From: a virus | DNA: 64,000 nt | IMG/VR virus record: IMGVR_UViG_3300042731_006881 | Span: 25,748-89,747 of that record | Direction: 5' to 3' (one strand) | Shown here: in pieces, positions 38,274 to 48,302 of the stretch | Layout: each line of letters opens with the position of its first letter | Numbering within the stretch: the first letter of the stretch is position 1 | Program-made: the position numbers and the translations under genes | Notes under the pieces: model-generated | Told to the model about the DNA's origin: nothing | What the model saw: the letters and a program-made list of their open reading frames with translations, nothing else | Databases searched by the model: none

Positions 38274-39310
38274 TGGATACAAAGCGTACCAGCGACGTCA
38301 CTCACTTCAGCGACGCAGCCATGTGGACCGGAGCGACAGTTCACGAGTTCCAAGGGTGGCTCGACGCGCGCAGGAAGATCATCACCGCGTCACGAATGGC
38401 AGCCCTACTCGGGTGCGATCCACGAATCGACGCTCTGGACGTCTACGTGGACATGGTGTGTCCGCGAGAAAGGGTCGTCGATGAGGACAAACTGGACGAC
38501 CCCATGCTATGGGGTCGAGTTCTGGAGGAGCCGATCGCACGAACGGTAGCCAAAGTTCTCGACTGGGAAATCGAGATGGGTGGTTCGCTGCTGGTGTCCC
38601 GCAAGCATCCGCAGATAGGTGCGACTCTAGACGCGGAGATTCGGCCTCGCTCTGGTGTGGACTGGTTCGTCTACGAAGGGAAGACAGTTGCGTCGTGGAT
38701 GCGTAGAGACTGGGACGAAGAGGCTGGGCTTCCTCCCGATCACATCCTGATCCAGGCTCAGACTCAGCTCCTGGTGACTCAAGCTCCTCAGGACATCGTT
38801 TTCGCTCTAGTCGGCGGAAACATTCCGATTCGGGTCCCTGTGCAACCAGACCCTGAGCTCCACGCTGTCATGGTCGAAGCCGTGGACGAGTTCCTCGAAC
38901 GAGTCCGTGAACTCGATCCACCACCTCCAACAATGCGGAGCGAGAAGGCCCTCGCACGGCTCTACCCAAACGAGAACGGTCGGCGCGTCTACCTCAGCGC
39001 AGAGGAGGCGGAGTGGACGCGAGAACTGCAGGAACTAGCTGCCACGCGGCTCGACTGCAAGAAGCGCGAGAATGAAATCAAGAACCGCATCCGGGCATCA
39101 ATGGGTGAGGCGAGCTTCGCCGAGCTACCAGAAATTGTTGGAGGCAAGCAGCTCTGGAAGTGGGTCACCGAACACCGTAACGAAAGGCCAGCGATCCCTG
39201 CATCGAGTTCACGAGTCCTACGACTCGTGAAGGGTGATCGGAAGAATCGCGATGGCACGACCACGAGCAACACCGCGCGGCCGAAGCGTCGGCGTGCACG
39301 GAGAGCATGA
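38273..39310 (+). CDS. YqaJ/lambda-exonuclease-like recombination nuclease
   Basis: WLDARRKIITAS, WGRVLEEPIA, ATLDA, YEGKT, IQAQTQL. Confidence 0.9.
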   Translation: MDTKRTSDVTHFSDAAMWTGATVHEFQGWLDARRKIITASRMAALLGCDPRIDALDVYVDMVCPRERVVDEDKLDDPMLWGRVLEEPIARTVAKVLDWEIEMGGSLLVSRKHPQIGATLDAEIRPRSGVDWFVYEGKTVASWMRRDWDEEAGLPPDHILIQAQTQLLVTQAPQDIVFALVGGNIPIRVPVQPDPELHAVMVEAVDEFLERVRELDPPPPTMRSEKALARLYPNENGRRVYLSAEEAEWTRELQELAATRLDCKKRENEIKNRIRASMGEASFAELPEIVGGKQLWKWVTEHRNERPAIPASSSRVLRLVKGDRKNRDGTTTSNTARPKRRRARRA

Positions 39311-39325
39311 TCAGGAGGTACAAGG

Positions 39326-40414
39326 ATGAACGACTACGCACCACAAGAAACCGCTGTTGTGACCCAGGGATTCGGCAGCACCGAGATGGCGATCCAGCGC
39401 GAGACCAGCGCCACGGCGATGGCTGCTCGAGCTCGAGCTCAGATCGAGGCGCGCTACGTGATGGCGCTGCAGCGACCGCGAAACATCGACCTCGTGCGAC
39501 AGAACCTGCTACACGAGTGCGAGCGGCCAAACTTCGCCAGGAGCGCCCGGTACTCACTGCCGCGACGTGCGTACAACCGCGACACGGGGGAATGGGAGAA
39601 TCGCCCCATCGAGGGTCCCACTATTCGGTTTGCCGAGGCTGCGCTTCGCTGCATGACCAACGTTGCGATCGAAGTGTCGGTCATCAGCGATGACCCAAAG
39701 AGGACAGTATTGCACATCGCGGTAACTGACCTAGAGGCGAACTTGCCTTACGAGACCGAAGTGAGCGTAAACAAGACGATTGAGCGGGGAACTCTGAAGA
39801 AGGGGCAGACGAAGATCAGTGAGCGTCTCAACAGCTTTGGAAACCGAGTGTACCTCGTAGAAGCCACCGACGACGAGGTGCTCCAGAAGACGAACGCGCT
39901 TGTCTCGAAAGCGATCCGTACCCTGGGGCTCCGCCACCTTCCAGGCGACATTCTAGACGAGGCTATGGACAAGTGCATCGACACGGCTCGGAGGGCTGAC
40001 GCCTCGGATCCGGACGCAGCGAGAAAGAAGCTGATCGACGCATTCTTCAAAATCGGTGTCACTGCCGACGAGATCGCTCTGTACCTGGGACACTCCCCAA
40101 GTACCCTAGATCCTGCCGAGATCGAGGAGCTTCGTGCGGTATTCGGTGCTGTGCGCGATGGCGAGACGACGTGGAGATCGGTCATCAACGCCAAAACTGG
40201 AGAGGTACCCGAGAACGAGAAGGACGGAAAGAAAGCAAGCGCACAGCAGCAGAAGACCCAGGAGATTCTCGACAAGCGCAAGGCGGAAGCTGCGAAGAAG
40301 CGTTCAACCAAGAAATCGGAACCAAAGAACGACGCTCCAGAGCACGACTCTCCAGAACCAACGGAGAACGAACGAGTCGCAGCAAACCCAGACGACCCAG
40401 ATAGCTACGGGTGA
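39326..40414 (+). CDS. Putative single-strand annealing recombinase
   Basis: Follows YqaJ; MALQRPRN, YSLPR, IEGPTIRFAE, DLEAN. Confidence 0.6.
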   Translation: MNDYAPQETAVVTQGFGSTEMAIQRETSATAMAARARAQIEARYVMALQRPRNIDLVRQNLLHECERPNFARSARYSLPRRAYNRDTGEWENRPIEGPTIRFAEAALRCMTNVAIEVSVISDDPKRTVLHIAVTDLEANLPYETEVSVNKTIERGTLKKGQTKISERLNSFGNRVYLVEATDDEVLQKTNALVSKAIRTLGLRHLPGDILDEAMDKCIDTARRADASDPDAARKKLIDAFFKIGVTADEIALYLGHSPSTLDPAEIEELRAVFGAVRDGETTWRSVINAKTGEVPENEKDGKKASAQQQKTQEILDKRKAEAAKKRSTKKSEPKNDAPEHDSPEPTENERVAANPDDPDSYG

Positions 40415-40798
40415 TTCGTGCCAACACCGGGATACGCGATCAAGCACTGGTGGCGCAATACGCGCCACGCCGGGGAGTCGCTAAAGGCTTTCGCCTTGCG
40501 CCATGCAGGCTCCGTTTTGATGACGACGACGACTCAGGAGCGCATCTCAACCGCACTGAGATGGATCCGAAACAAGAAACACGGTCGTACCGAAGAACCA
40601 CCGAATCAATAGATAGCGGAGCACACTCTCCATATCGGGAGGCTGTTGACGACTGGATACGAACTCCCACCAATCCGTCTCAGGTCGTCGGCGGCCTCCA
40701 GCGTGAACGCTCCCCTGTGGGAGACGGACGACGATTCAACCAACGTATCCCCCCAATGCGTTGCTGGGTCGTCGTTCGTCTCGCGCGGTGGAGTGCGA

Positions 40799-42091
40799 AT
40801 GGAGGACGAGATGCAAATCGTGCAATTGACTGCTGAGAATCTGCTGCGGCTCAAGGCTGTCAGTATCACCCCCGAGGGATCCATGGTGGTCGTCTCGGGT
40901 AAGAACGGTGCTGGAAAGTCCAGCGTCCTGACCGCAATCGAGTGCGCTCTAGGCGGCAAAGCAGCTATCCCGGACGAGCCTATCCACCGCGGAAAGCGCA
41001 AAGCTAGGATCGTTGCCGACCTGGGAGACATCGTTGTCGAGCGAACGTTCACCCATGCTGGCAGCAAGCTCGTTGTGAAGGATCGTGACGGAAAGACAGT
41101 AAAGAGCCCACAGCGACTGCTCGACGACCTCGTATCGCGCATCACATTCGATCCTCTCGAGTTCGCAACGATGGACCCTCGAGAACAGGATAGAGTGTTA
41201 CGTGAGCTAGTTGGCGTTGACTTCACCGAACTCGATGCGGATCGCAAGGCGATCTACGAACAGCGAACGAATGAGAATCGCGAAGCGAAGCAGCTTGAGG
41301 CGCGTCTGCAATCAATGCCACCAATGTCCACCGGAGTGCCCGATTGCGAGGTTAGCGTTGCTGACCTGATCGAGGAATTGAGGCGACGGGAGGCGGAGGA
41401 ACGCCACAAGAGGCATCTAGCGGAAGCGCTTGAACGCGCCGAAGACGCTGATAAGCGAGCCTCTGGTGCGGTACAGCGTCAGAAGCAACTGATTGACGAA
41501 TTGGAGGCTAAGCTAAGTGAGGCTCGCCAGGCGCTGAGTGTAGCCATCGATGAGGAGGATGACGCATTCAATGCTCGAGAGGCGTCTCAAAAGGCACTCG
41601 ACTCCTACACATACGATGACCCAGCTGAGATTAAGACACAACTATCCACCGTCGATGAGACCAACCGCAAGGTACGACAGAACTCAGAACGCAGTCGCGT
41701 GTCATCAAGTCTTGATGCGGCTCGGATGCGTTCCACGGACCTAACCGAAGCGATCGATAGCATCGACCAGCAGAAGGCCGAGATGCTCGAGAAGGCAGAA
41801 TACCCAATCCCAGGTCTCGGACTCGACGAGTCCGGTGTGCTGCTGGACGGACTTCCATTCGACCAGGCATGCACGTCTGCCAAGATTCGAGCAAGCATCG
41901 CCATTGGCGCCGCGCTGAACCCGAAGCTCCGAGTGTTGCTGGTGCGTCGGGGTAATGACCTGGACCGCGATCGACTGCGAGAGGTCGCGCAGATGGCGGA
42001 AGAGATGGGGCTCCAGGTTTGGGTGGAGAGGATCGAAGACGGAGGAATGCCCGCGGTCGTGATCGAGGATGGCGAGGTAGTCGAAGGTTGA
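40799..42091 (+). CDS. SMC/SbcC-like AAA ATPase
   Basis: GKNGAGKSSVL Walker A, long coiled coil, C-terminal LNPKLRVLLV. Confidence 0.85.
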   Translation: MEDEMQIVQLTAENLLRLKAVSITPEGSMVVVSGKNGAGKSSVLTAIECALGGKAAIPDEPIHRGKRKARIVADLGDIVVERTFTHAGSKLVVKDRDGKTVKSPQRLLDDLVSRITFDPLEFATMDPREQDRVLRELVGVDFTELDADRKAIYEQRTNENREAKQLEARLQSMPPMSTGVPDCEVSVADLIEELRRREAEERHKRHLAEALERAEDADKRASGAVQRQKQLIDELEAKLSEARQALSVAIDEEDDAFNAREASQKALDSYTYDDPAEIKTQLSTVDETNRKVRQNSERSRVSSSLDAARMRSTDLTEAIDSIDQQKAEMLEKAEYPIPGLGLDESGVLLDGLPFDQACTSAKIRASIAIGAALNPKLRVLLVRRGNDLDRDRLREVAQMAEEMGLQVWVERIEDGGMPAVVIEDGEVVEG

Positions 42092-42121
42092 CTCCAATTT
42101 GAAGATGAAGAGGAAGACACA

Positions 42122-42478
42122 ATGAAAACAGCAACGAACCAGCAGCAATCACTCGAAGATGAGCTCGAACTAGCCAGGCTAGAGCGCGACGAGGCCAGAG
42201 ACGCACTGGCGAAGATTTCCGCAAACATGGAGACTTTGAGGAGACTCTCTGAGACTGATGAGAGTACGGAGACGTTGCCGAGACTCTCTGATCATGACCG
42301 ACTAGAGCTGGATGGTTTCCGCAGGATCCTCCATTGGCTTAGGGAGGACCACAACCGCACGCTTACGGCTAGTCCGAATGGGCGTCTCTGCGCCTCGCAA
42401 CTCGAGCCATGGCAGTTAGCGAGAGGCGTACACGTCTACGCCGACGACCCAATCGCTATGTCTAAAGAGTTGAAGTAG
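42122..42478 (+). CDS. Hypothetical protein
   Basis: 118 aa with RBS. Confidence 0.5.
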   Translation: MKTATNQQQSLEDELELARLERDEARDALAKISANMETLRRLSETDESTETLPRLSDHDRLELDGFRRILHWLREDHNRTLTASPNGRLCASQLEPWQLARGVHVYADDPIAMSKELK

Positions 42479-42900
42479 TGAAAGTTGCCATTGTCACCGG
42501 TTCCCGCGACTGGGAGAACCGTACAGCAATCTGGTCAGCGCTGGACCAGGAGCATCCAGACATCGTGGTGCATGGTAGCTGCGAGTTTGTGGACAAGAAG
42601 ACGCAATCGCGTACCCTCCGCGGTGCCGATCGCTTCGCCGACGAATGGGCTCGGAAACACGGAGTGATGCTCGCTACCATGCCCGCGTTGTTCGGATCAC
42701 CACTCAAGGAGCGAGCTGGCCCCATTCGCAACAGCTTCATGGTGAGGCTCGTGCACGCGGTGCTATGCGGGTGGCCAAACCAGCCTCACCAGGTCGTCGT
42801 GATCGCTGCCCCGTCACCAGACGGTAGCGGGACCCAAGACCTCGTGGCAAAGGCACAGAAGCACTTGTGGAGAATAAGGGAGGTCGTCCCCTATGGCTGA
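42478..42900 (+). CDS. SLOG/YspA-like (DUF2493) protein
   Basis: IVTGSRDW, VVHG, GADRFA..WA, AGPIRN, GSGT. Confidence 0.85.
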   Translation: MKVAIVTGSRDWENRTAIWSALDQEHPDIVVHGSCEFVDKKTQSRTLRGADRFADEWARKHGVMLATMPALFGSPLKERAGPIRNSFMVRLVHAVLCGWPNQPHQVVVIAAPSPDGSGTQDLVAKAQKHLWRIREVVPYG

Positions 42901-43231
42901 CGAATCAAGGGCCTACCAGGCGTGGGTGCGCACTCTCCCGTGCCTCGGCTGTGGTCGCGATCCTGGCGGAGAGATTCACCACGTGGGCCGCAAAGGCACC
43001 TCACAGCGTTCGCACGACTCTTGTGGTGTGCCTCTATGCCGAGAGTGCCACCAGGCTATGGAGGACCTTCACGGGCCGTTCAGGGGGTTCCGTCGCGAGC
43101 ACCGAAAAGCTTGGGAAAGGATGGCTGTCACCAACACTCGCGGCCGTGCCCGTTACGCTGGGTGGCGCTGGCGCGAGAATGGGAGGGCCTACCGGATGCG
43201 GGAGGCGCCTGCCCACGAAGAGGCGTTCTGA
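42893..43231 (+). CDS. DUF968/HNH-like protein
   Basis: YQAWVRTLPCLGCG...HH...VPLCRECH. Confidence 0.75.
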   Translation: MADESRAYQAWVRTLPCLGCGRDPGGEIHHVGRKGTSQRSHDSCGVPLCRECHQAMEDLHGPFRGFRREHRKAWERMAVTNTRGRARYAGWRWRENGRAYRMREAPAHEEAF

Positions 43232-43244
43232 GGAATTTCAGAAA

Positions 43245-43277
43245 CTGGTTGCGTATGCGCAACCAGTTGCGTATACC
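43245..43277 (+). promoter_or_regulatory. Promoter with palindromic operator upstream of the helicase
   Basis: CTGGTTGCG-TATG-CGCAACCAG; TTGCGT-17-TATACC. Confidence 0.55.
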
Positions 43278-43300
43278 CTTAGACCAGGGTAGGGACCAAA

Positions 43301-46300
43301 ATGATGAAACTTCCGATCGCCGAATACAGTTCTCGCATCGTCGATACAGTGAGCAAAAACGCAGTGACCATCATCACTGCTGAAACCGGGGCAGGAAAGT
43401 CCACCCAGGTACCGCAATACCTGGCCAAAGCCGGGTACCGCGTGCTATGCACGCAGCCTCGCAGAATCGCTGCTGCCACTCTGGCAGAGCGGGTTGCGGT
43501 TGAGCAGGGTTGCCGCCTAGGCGGCAAGGTTGGGTTTCGCACTGCGCGCGACAGCCAGTGCAGTGCGAAATCGCGAATCCTCTTCGTCACGGACGGTCTG
43601 GCGCTCGTTCGTGAGCTGCTGGGGGAGCGTCGGGGTTACGACGTTCTCGTTGTCGACGAAGTCCACGAGTGGTCAGAGTCGATTGAGATTCTCGTCGGAT
43701 GGGCACGACGAGAGATCGCGAATGGTGCGCAGTTCCGCCTCGTTATCATGTCCGCTACTCTCGAGGCGGAGAAGCTCGCCGCCTACTTCGACGGGGCGCC
43801 GATCATCTCGGTACCCGGCCGCTGCCACCCTGTGGAGGTGATGCAGCCGGCGAACTCAGACCATCACATCGACAAGAGGTTCCGATGGAAGGCAGACATG
43901 GCGGCTGACATCTCCAGCCTCTTCGCTAGGGGGAAGAACGTTCTCGCGTTCCTCCCAGGCAAGCGCGAGATCGCAGAACTGGGAGAGATGCTCCAAGACC
44001 TCCCAGTCGTCGAGCTCCACGGGGAGCAGTCGAGAGCAGAGCAGCGGATCGCCTTCGAAAATGGCGTCCGCAAGGTCGTCTTGGCCACCAATGTGGCACA
44101 AACCTCGATTACGATCGAGGACATCGACGCGGTGGTGGACTCCGGTCTGGTGCGCCAGATCGAGGTCAATCACGGAGTGGAGGGGCTATTTTTGCGCCCG
44201 TGCTCTGAGGCGGACTCGGCGCAACGAAAGGGACGCGCCGGGCGTACTCGTCCTGGTGTCTACGTTGACCACTGCCCGGACACTGCTTTCCGGCCTGAGT
44301 ATCAGGTCCCGGAGATCCAGCGAACGATGCTGGACCAGGTAGTTTTGCGCCTGCTCGTAGCTGGCGTTGATATCGAGCAACTGAAGCTGTACCACCAGCC
44401 AGACCCGTCAGAGGTTCGGGTGGCTAAGGAAACGCTCAGAGCTCTCGGCTGCATCGCAGCTGATGGTTCAGTGACCGACGTTGGAAGACGCATCGCGCGT
44501 CTTCCTGTCGGAACCCGTTCGGGTCGCGCCATCATCGAGGCAGAGCGTCGTGGCGTGGTCCACCGCGTCACTAGCGCTCTCGCCGTCATTGAGGCGAAGG
44601 GAATCGTGGACGACCGACGACTGGACGAAACTGGTCGTCCCGTCTGGCGCTCCCATGTGCCAGCGACGAACAGTGACCCGCTGGCGTTCGGAGAACTGCT
44701 GGACCGCTCTCACCGTCGGGAGTGGTCATCGCTCGGGCTGCACGGCAAGCGTGCTAGCGAGGCTGTCGAGATCAGAAAGCAGTTAGCGAATGCTCTTCGC
44801 GTAGTAATTCGATGCGGAGACAGAGACACTGGGTCCCGCGATGACGCGGCGAAGTGCCTCATCATCGCAGAAGGGGATCGACTCCTGGAGGGCAGCCAGA
44901 ACCGCTGGGGTGAGTTCGTCTATGGCGGTAGAAAGATCGCCAAGGAGAGCGCTGTTGGGTGCTCCCAGCGATGGATGGTCGGGACTCCGTTCGACGTCTC
45001 GACGAAGAAGGGTGGCAGCCTTGGGTTGCTCCAGATGTGTACTGAGGTTCCTGTTGAGTGGATCGTCGAGCTATTCCCCGAGCGCATCACTGAGCGCCGT
45101 AGCAGCGCTTCGTATGACGCTGAAGAGGACTCTTGCATGGTGGTCGTGACCACTCTGCTGGATGGTTCTTCACGTCTCTGCGAACGCAGGGAACCAGCTT
45201 CGGATGATGAGGCAACAGCATGCCTCGTAGCGCACATTGAGCGCCGTATTCGCGGAGGATGGGGATACCCTGTGCCGGATACCCATAGCGCGGCTCTGGA
45301 TTCCGCACACGAGTCGTATACTCGCGCACGCAAGGTCTCAGAGCGCACTGGCGTCCAGGTAGACGACGTGACAGAGCTGGTCCGGTGCGTGGTGGATGGC
45401 GCTACCCACATGGCTGACATCGACCCGGAGCTACTCCGGATTGAGTTTGCCAGCGAAGAGGATCTCCACAAGGCTATCGAGCTGCACCCAGACTCGATCA
45501 CGATTGGTGGTCACCAGTGCACGATCTCATACACGGATAGCTGTGCTTCCGTTACCGTGCCAACAGATGCGCTTTGGGCATCTCCAGACGTTGTTGAGAC
45601 TCCTGGCGGTCGAAGGATTCGGATTCGCACGAATGTCGGATGGGGTTCGTACTCTGCGGACACCGCTAGCGAGCTCCTTGCGAAGGTCGAGGAGATGCTC
45701 CGTGATGACGCAGAGCGAGAGTTCCTGCGCGAGTCTGACGACGCTCAGGAACTCACCGAGCGTCGCTACGGTCCACGCGACCAGTGGACTGGGTGGGCAG
45801 CACTGGGACGTCGCTACCGCACTCGAGATGAGGCGGTTCGGGCGCTCTATGAAGCCGCATGCGTTGATCTACCATTGCATCATGCGATGCGCGACGGAGT
45901 TCCATCGGAGGATGGAATCGAGGTAGTGCGCGCCGAGGTTGCTCGTCTCGCTTCCGAGGCCGATGCTGAGGCCGCTGAGCTGGAGCGCAACCGTTCCGAG
46001 GTCCGCCGGGTGTGCGGTGACAACATCAGCGACGAGGAGGCCGACGACGTGTTCCTCTTCGTCCGAGACGCATTTGCTCTTCGCGACGATGCTCTAGACG
46101 TACTGGAGCGTGAGGCTGACGCACCATATGGGCGCGACCGGCGAACGAGTTCGATCGAAGTAGCTTTCCCTGGCATCGACCACCGGGGACTCGACTGGAA
46201 GCAGGGTGCTAGCATTGAGCTTGTGGTCATGTGGTCTCGCTCGAAGTTCAAGCGGCCACAGCCAAAGCATTCCAAGCAGCGGAAGGCCAAGCATCAATCT

Positions 46301-46360
46301 AGTTCTAGCTCCGGATTCGGGACGCTCGGAGACATGCTACGGGAGAAAGGATTGGTATAA
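43301..46360 (+). CDS. HrpA/HrpB-like DEAH-box helicase
   Basis: AETGAGKSTQVPQ, TQPRRIAA, DEVHE, MSATL, FLPG, ATNVAQTSITI, QRKGRAGR. Confidence 0.93.
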   Translation: MMKLPIAEYSSRIVDTVSKNAVTIITAETGAGKSTQVPQYLAKAGYRVLCTQPRRIAAATLAERVAVEQGCRLGGKVGFRTARDSQCSAKSRILFVTDGLALVRELLGERRGYDVLVVDEVHEWSESIEILVGWARREIANGAQFRLVIMSATLEAEKLAAYFDGAPIISVPGRCHPVEVMQPANSDHHIDKRFRWKADMAADISSLFARGKNVLAFLPGKREIAELGEMLQDLPVVELHGEQSRAEQRIAFENGVRKVVLATNVAQTSITIEDIDAVVDSGLVRQIEVNHGVEGLFLRPCSEADSAQRKGRAGRTRPGVYVDHCPDTAFRPEYQVPEIQRTMLDQVVLRLLVAGVDIEQLKLYHQPDPSEVRVAKETLRALGCIAADGSVTDVGRRIARLPVGTRSGRAIIEAERRGVVHRVTSALAVIEAKGIVDDRRLDETGRPVWRSHVPATNSDPLAFGELLDRSHRREWSSLGLHGKRASEAVEIRKQLANALRVVIRCGDRDTGSRDDAAKCLIIAEGDRLLEGSQNRWGEFVYGGRKIAKESAVGCSQRWMVGTPFDVSTKKGGSLGLLQMCTEVPVEWIVELFPERITERRSSASYDAEEDSCMVVVTTLLDGSSRLCERREPASDDEATACLVAHIERRIRGGWGYPVPDTHSAALDSAHESYTRARKVSERTGVQVDDVTELVRCVVDGATHMADIDPELLRIEFASEEDLHKAIELHPDSITIGGHQCTISYTDSCASVTVPTDALWASPDVVETPGGRRIRIRTNVGWGSYSADTASELLAKVEEMLRDDAEREFLRESDDAQELTERRYGPRDQWTGWAALGRRYRTRDEAVRALYEAACVDLPLHHAMRDGVPSEDGIEVVRAEVARLASEADAEAAELERNRSEVRRVCGDNISDEEADDVFLFVRDAFALRDDALDVLEREADAPYGRDRRTSSIEVAFPGIDHRGLDWKQGASIELVVMWSRSKFKRPQPKHSKQRKAKHQSSSSSGFGTLGDMLREKGLV

Positions 46361-46735
46361 ATGGGTGACAGGGCCAATGTTGTGATAAGCGATGACCACA
46401 ATGATGTCTGGTTCTACTTGCACTGTGGAGGCCACGAAGTGTCTCGCAAAGTGCAGCGTGCACTGCAACGGCGGGAGAGATGGCACGATGCGCCGTACCT
46501 GGCTCGCATCGTGTTCTGTCACCTTATTGACGGAGACACTGATGGAACCACTGGATTTGGAATCTCTAGTGGTATGTGCGACAACGAACACCTTATCACG
46601 GTAGTCGACGTTTCGTCGCAGCAGGTTGTTCTGCGTACTGAAGGAGGAGACACCAAACGGTCGTGGTCATTCGATGAATACTGCGCGCTGGCCATCAAAT
46701 ACGATATGAGCCCAGAAGATCTCGCGGGAACGTGA
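46361..46735 (+). CDS. Hypothetical phage protein
   Basis: MGDRAN...FYLHCGG...RWHDAPYLARIVF. Confidence 0.55.
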   Translation: MGDRANVVISDDHNDVWFYLHCGGHEVSRKVQRALQRRERWHDAPYLARIVFCHLIDGDTDGTTGFGISSGMCDNEHLITVVDVSSQQVVLRTEGGDTKRSWSFDEYCALAIKYDMSPEDLAGT

Positions 46736-46775
46736 CTAGCCCAGAGCGAGTGGAACCATAACAATGTGCGTCCAC

Positions 46776-47354
46776 TACGTGGTGACTAGACATCTCCGTG
46801 TTGTCCGGCTTCTGGACGCTAGGAGACATGCCTGGCGAAAGGATTGGTATGAAGTTGAGCGAGGAGATTAGCAACTACGCCATCGGAGTCGCACTGTACG
46901 GACAGTGGGCTCAAAGGGCTGCTGAGCTGGAGCGCGAACGCGACGATGCGGAGAGGCGCGTTGCCGAGTTGGAGCGCGAACTTGATGCATGTAAAGACGC
47001 TAGAGGTGAGACGTGAAGCGCCTCCTCGGGTACGCCGCGCATCGGGCGAGCGTCGCGTTGCACGGGGTGGCTGAGCGTTGTCTGCGGGAGGTATATTGCG
47101 GCCAGGCACGACCTGGGTTTCGCGTCCACCGTGGAGAGGAGCGCAACTGCTTCGGCGAGCGCTATACCCCAGAGTTACCAATCACCATCTCCGACGTCGC
47201 CCCACGAATCGCCGACGCCAGCGACTACATCCGCCGCAAGTGGCAGCACGTCAGCTGGCTCGCCATGGCGAGCGCAACCGGAAGGAAGGGGAGATTCTGA
47301 TGCCGGCACCACGTGGTTACGATACATCTCCGTGTGGTCCGGCTTCTGGACGCT
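46776..47354. repeat. Dispersed direct repeat with small hairpin
   Basis: ACATCTCCGTGT(T/G)GTCCGGCTTCTGGACGCT at 46790-46820 and 47324-47354; related copy at the helicase 3' end 46310-46357. Confidence 0.8.
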
Positions 47355-47376
47355 GCACGCTACCAGGCGGAGTACT

Positions 47377-47613
47377 ATGAGAAAGCCTAGGTCGCAACAC
47401 TTCCTCCACGCTCTCCTCTCAGAGGAGAGTCACCGTCATGAGGCGCTGGCTCGCATAAGGACTGCATTGATCAATACGCATGGTCGCGTCCTTCCTGCGT
47501 CTCGGGAGCTAGACGTACCGCACAGGACGTTTTTGGAGTGGATGAGATCGTTCCGAGAACTACAGGAGTTGGTCGACGAGGTACGCGCCGAGCATCGCCC
47601 AAAAAAGCACTAA
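47377..47613 (+). CDS. Fis-like HTH protein
   Basis: ALINTHGRVLPASRELDVPHRTFLEWM. Confidence 0.55.
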   Translation: MRKPRSQHFLHALLSEESHRHEALARIRTALINTHGRVLPASRELDVPHRTFLEWMRSFRELQELVDEVRAEHRPKKH

Positions 47614-47624
47614 GATGAGGTATT

Positions 47625-48041
47625 GTGGTGGATAGACCTTCGTTCGAAACGATATTCATGGATCTGGCCGAGAAGCTAAGTTTGAGGAGCACCTGCAGCA
47701 GACTCAGCGTAGGTGCAGTGATCACTAGCGCGGATTTCCGGATAGTACTCGCTGTCGGGTACAATGGAAACGCCGCTGGGCTTCCAAATGCGTGTGACTC
47801 CAACACGCCTGGTGCATGCGGGTGTCTACACGCAGAGGAGAATGCTTGCATCTCGTGCACCGAACCGAGAACTACACCGAAGGTATTTTTCTGCACACAT
47901 TTGCCGTGCAAAATGTGTTCGAAAAGAATCATCAACCTGGGCGGAGTGGTTCGCGTTGTTTACCGAGAAGACTACAGACTACGCGACGGTGCTGAGATTC
48001 TTATCACATCCGGGATTGTACTGGAGCATTTCGATCGATGA
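47625..48041 (+). CDS. dCMP deaminase
   Basis: RSTCSRLSVGAVI, GYNG, HAEEN, PCKMC. Confidence 0.92.
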   Translation: MVDRPSFETIFMDLAEKLSLRSTCSRLSVGAVITSADFRIVLAVGYNGNAAGLPNACDSNTPGACGCLHAEENACISCTEPRTTPKVFFCTHLPCKMCSKRIINLGGVVRVVYREDYRLRDGAEILITSGIVLEHFDR

Positions 48042-48265
48042 GCAATATCGTACCTGGTTTCGTTGTCGGAAAGCTAACCGTTGTGAGTCAGCACACTCCT
48101 GGTAAAAAGCCAAAATGGCTTTGCCGATGCGAGTGTGGAGCGACATGCGTCCGCAATGACCAGTCCCTGCGCGCCGCAAAGCGCACAGGTTCGAAACCTA
48201 GCTGCGAGTCATGTCGTCGGAGTCACGCTCGCAGGGGCCTATCAGCGGCAGTGTGGACGCGGTGA
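48038..48265 (+). CDS. Small Zn-finger protein
   Basis: GKLTVV...WLCRCECG...SCESC. Confidence 0.6.
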   Translation: MSNIVPGFVVGKLTVVSQHTPGKKPKWLCRCECGATCVRNDQSLRAAKRTGSKPSCESCRRSHARRGLSAAVWTR

Positions 48266-48302
48266 TGGTACCGTTGGTTGCAGCCGCTAGAAAGGACGCG
48301 GA

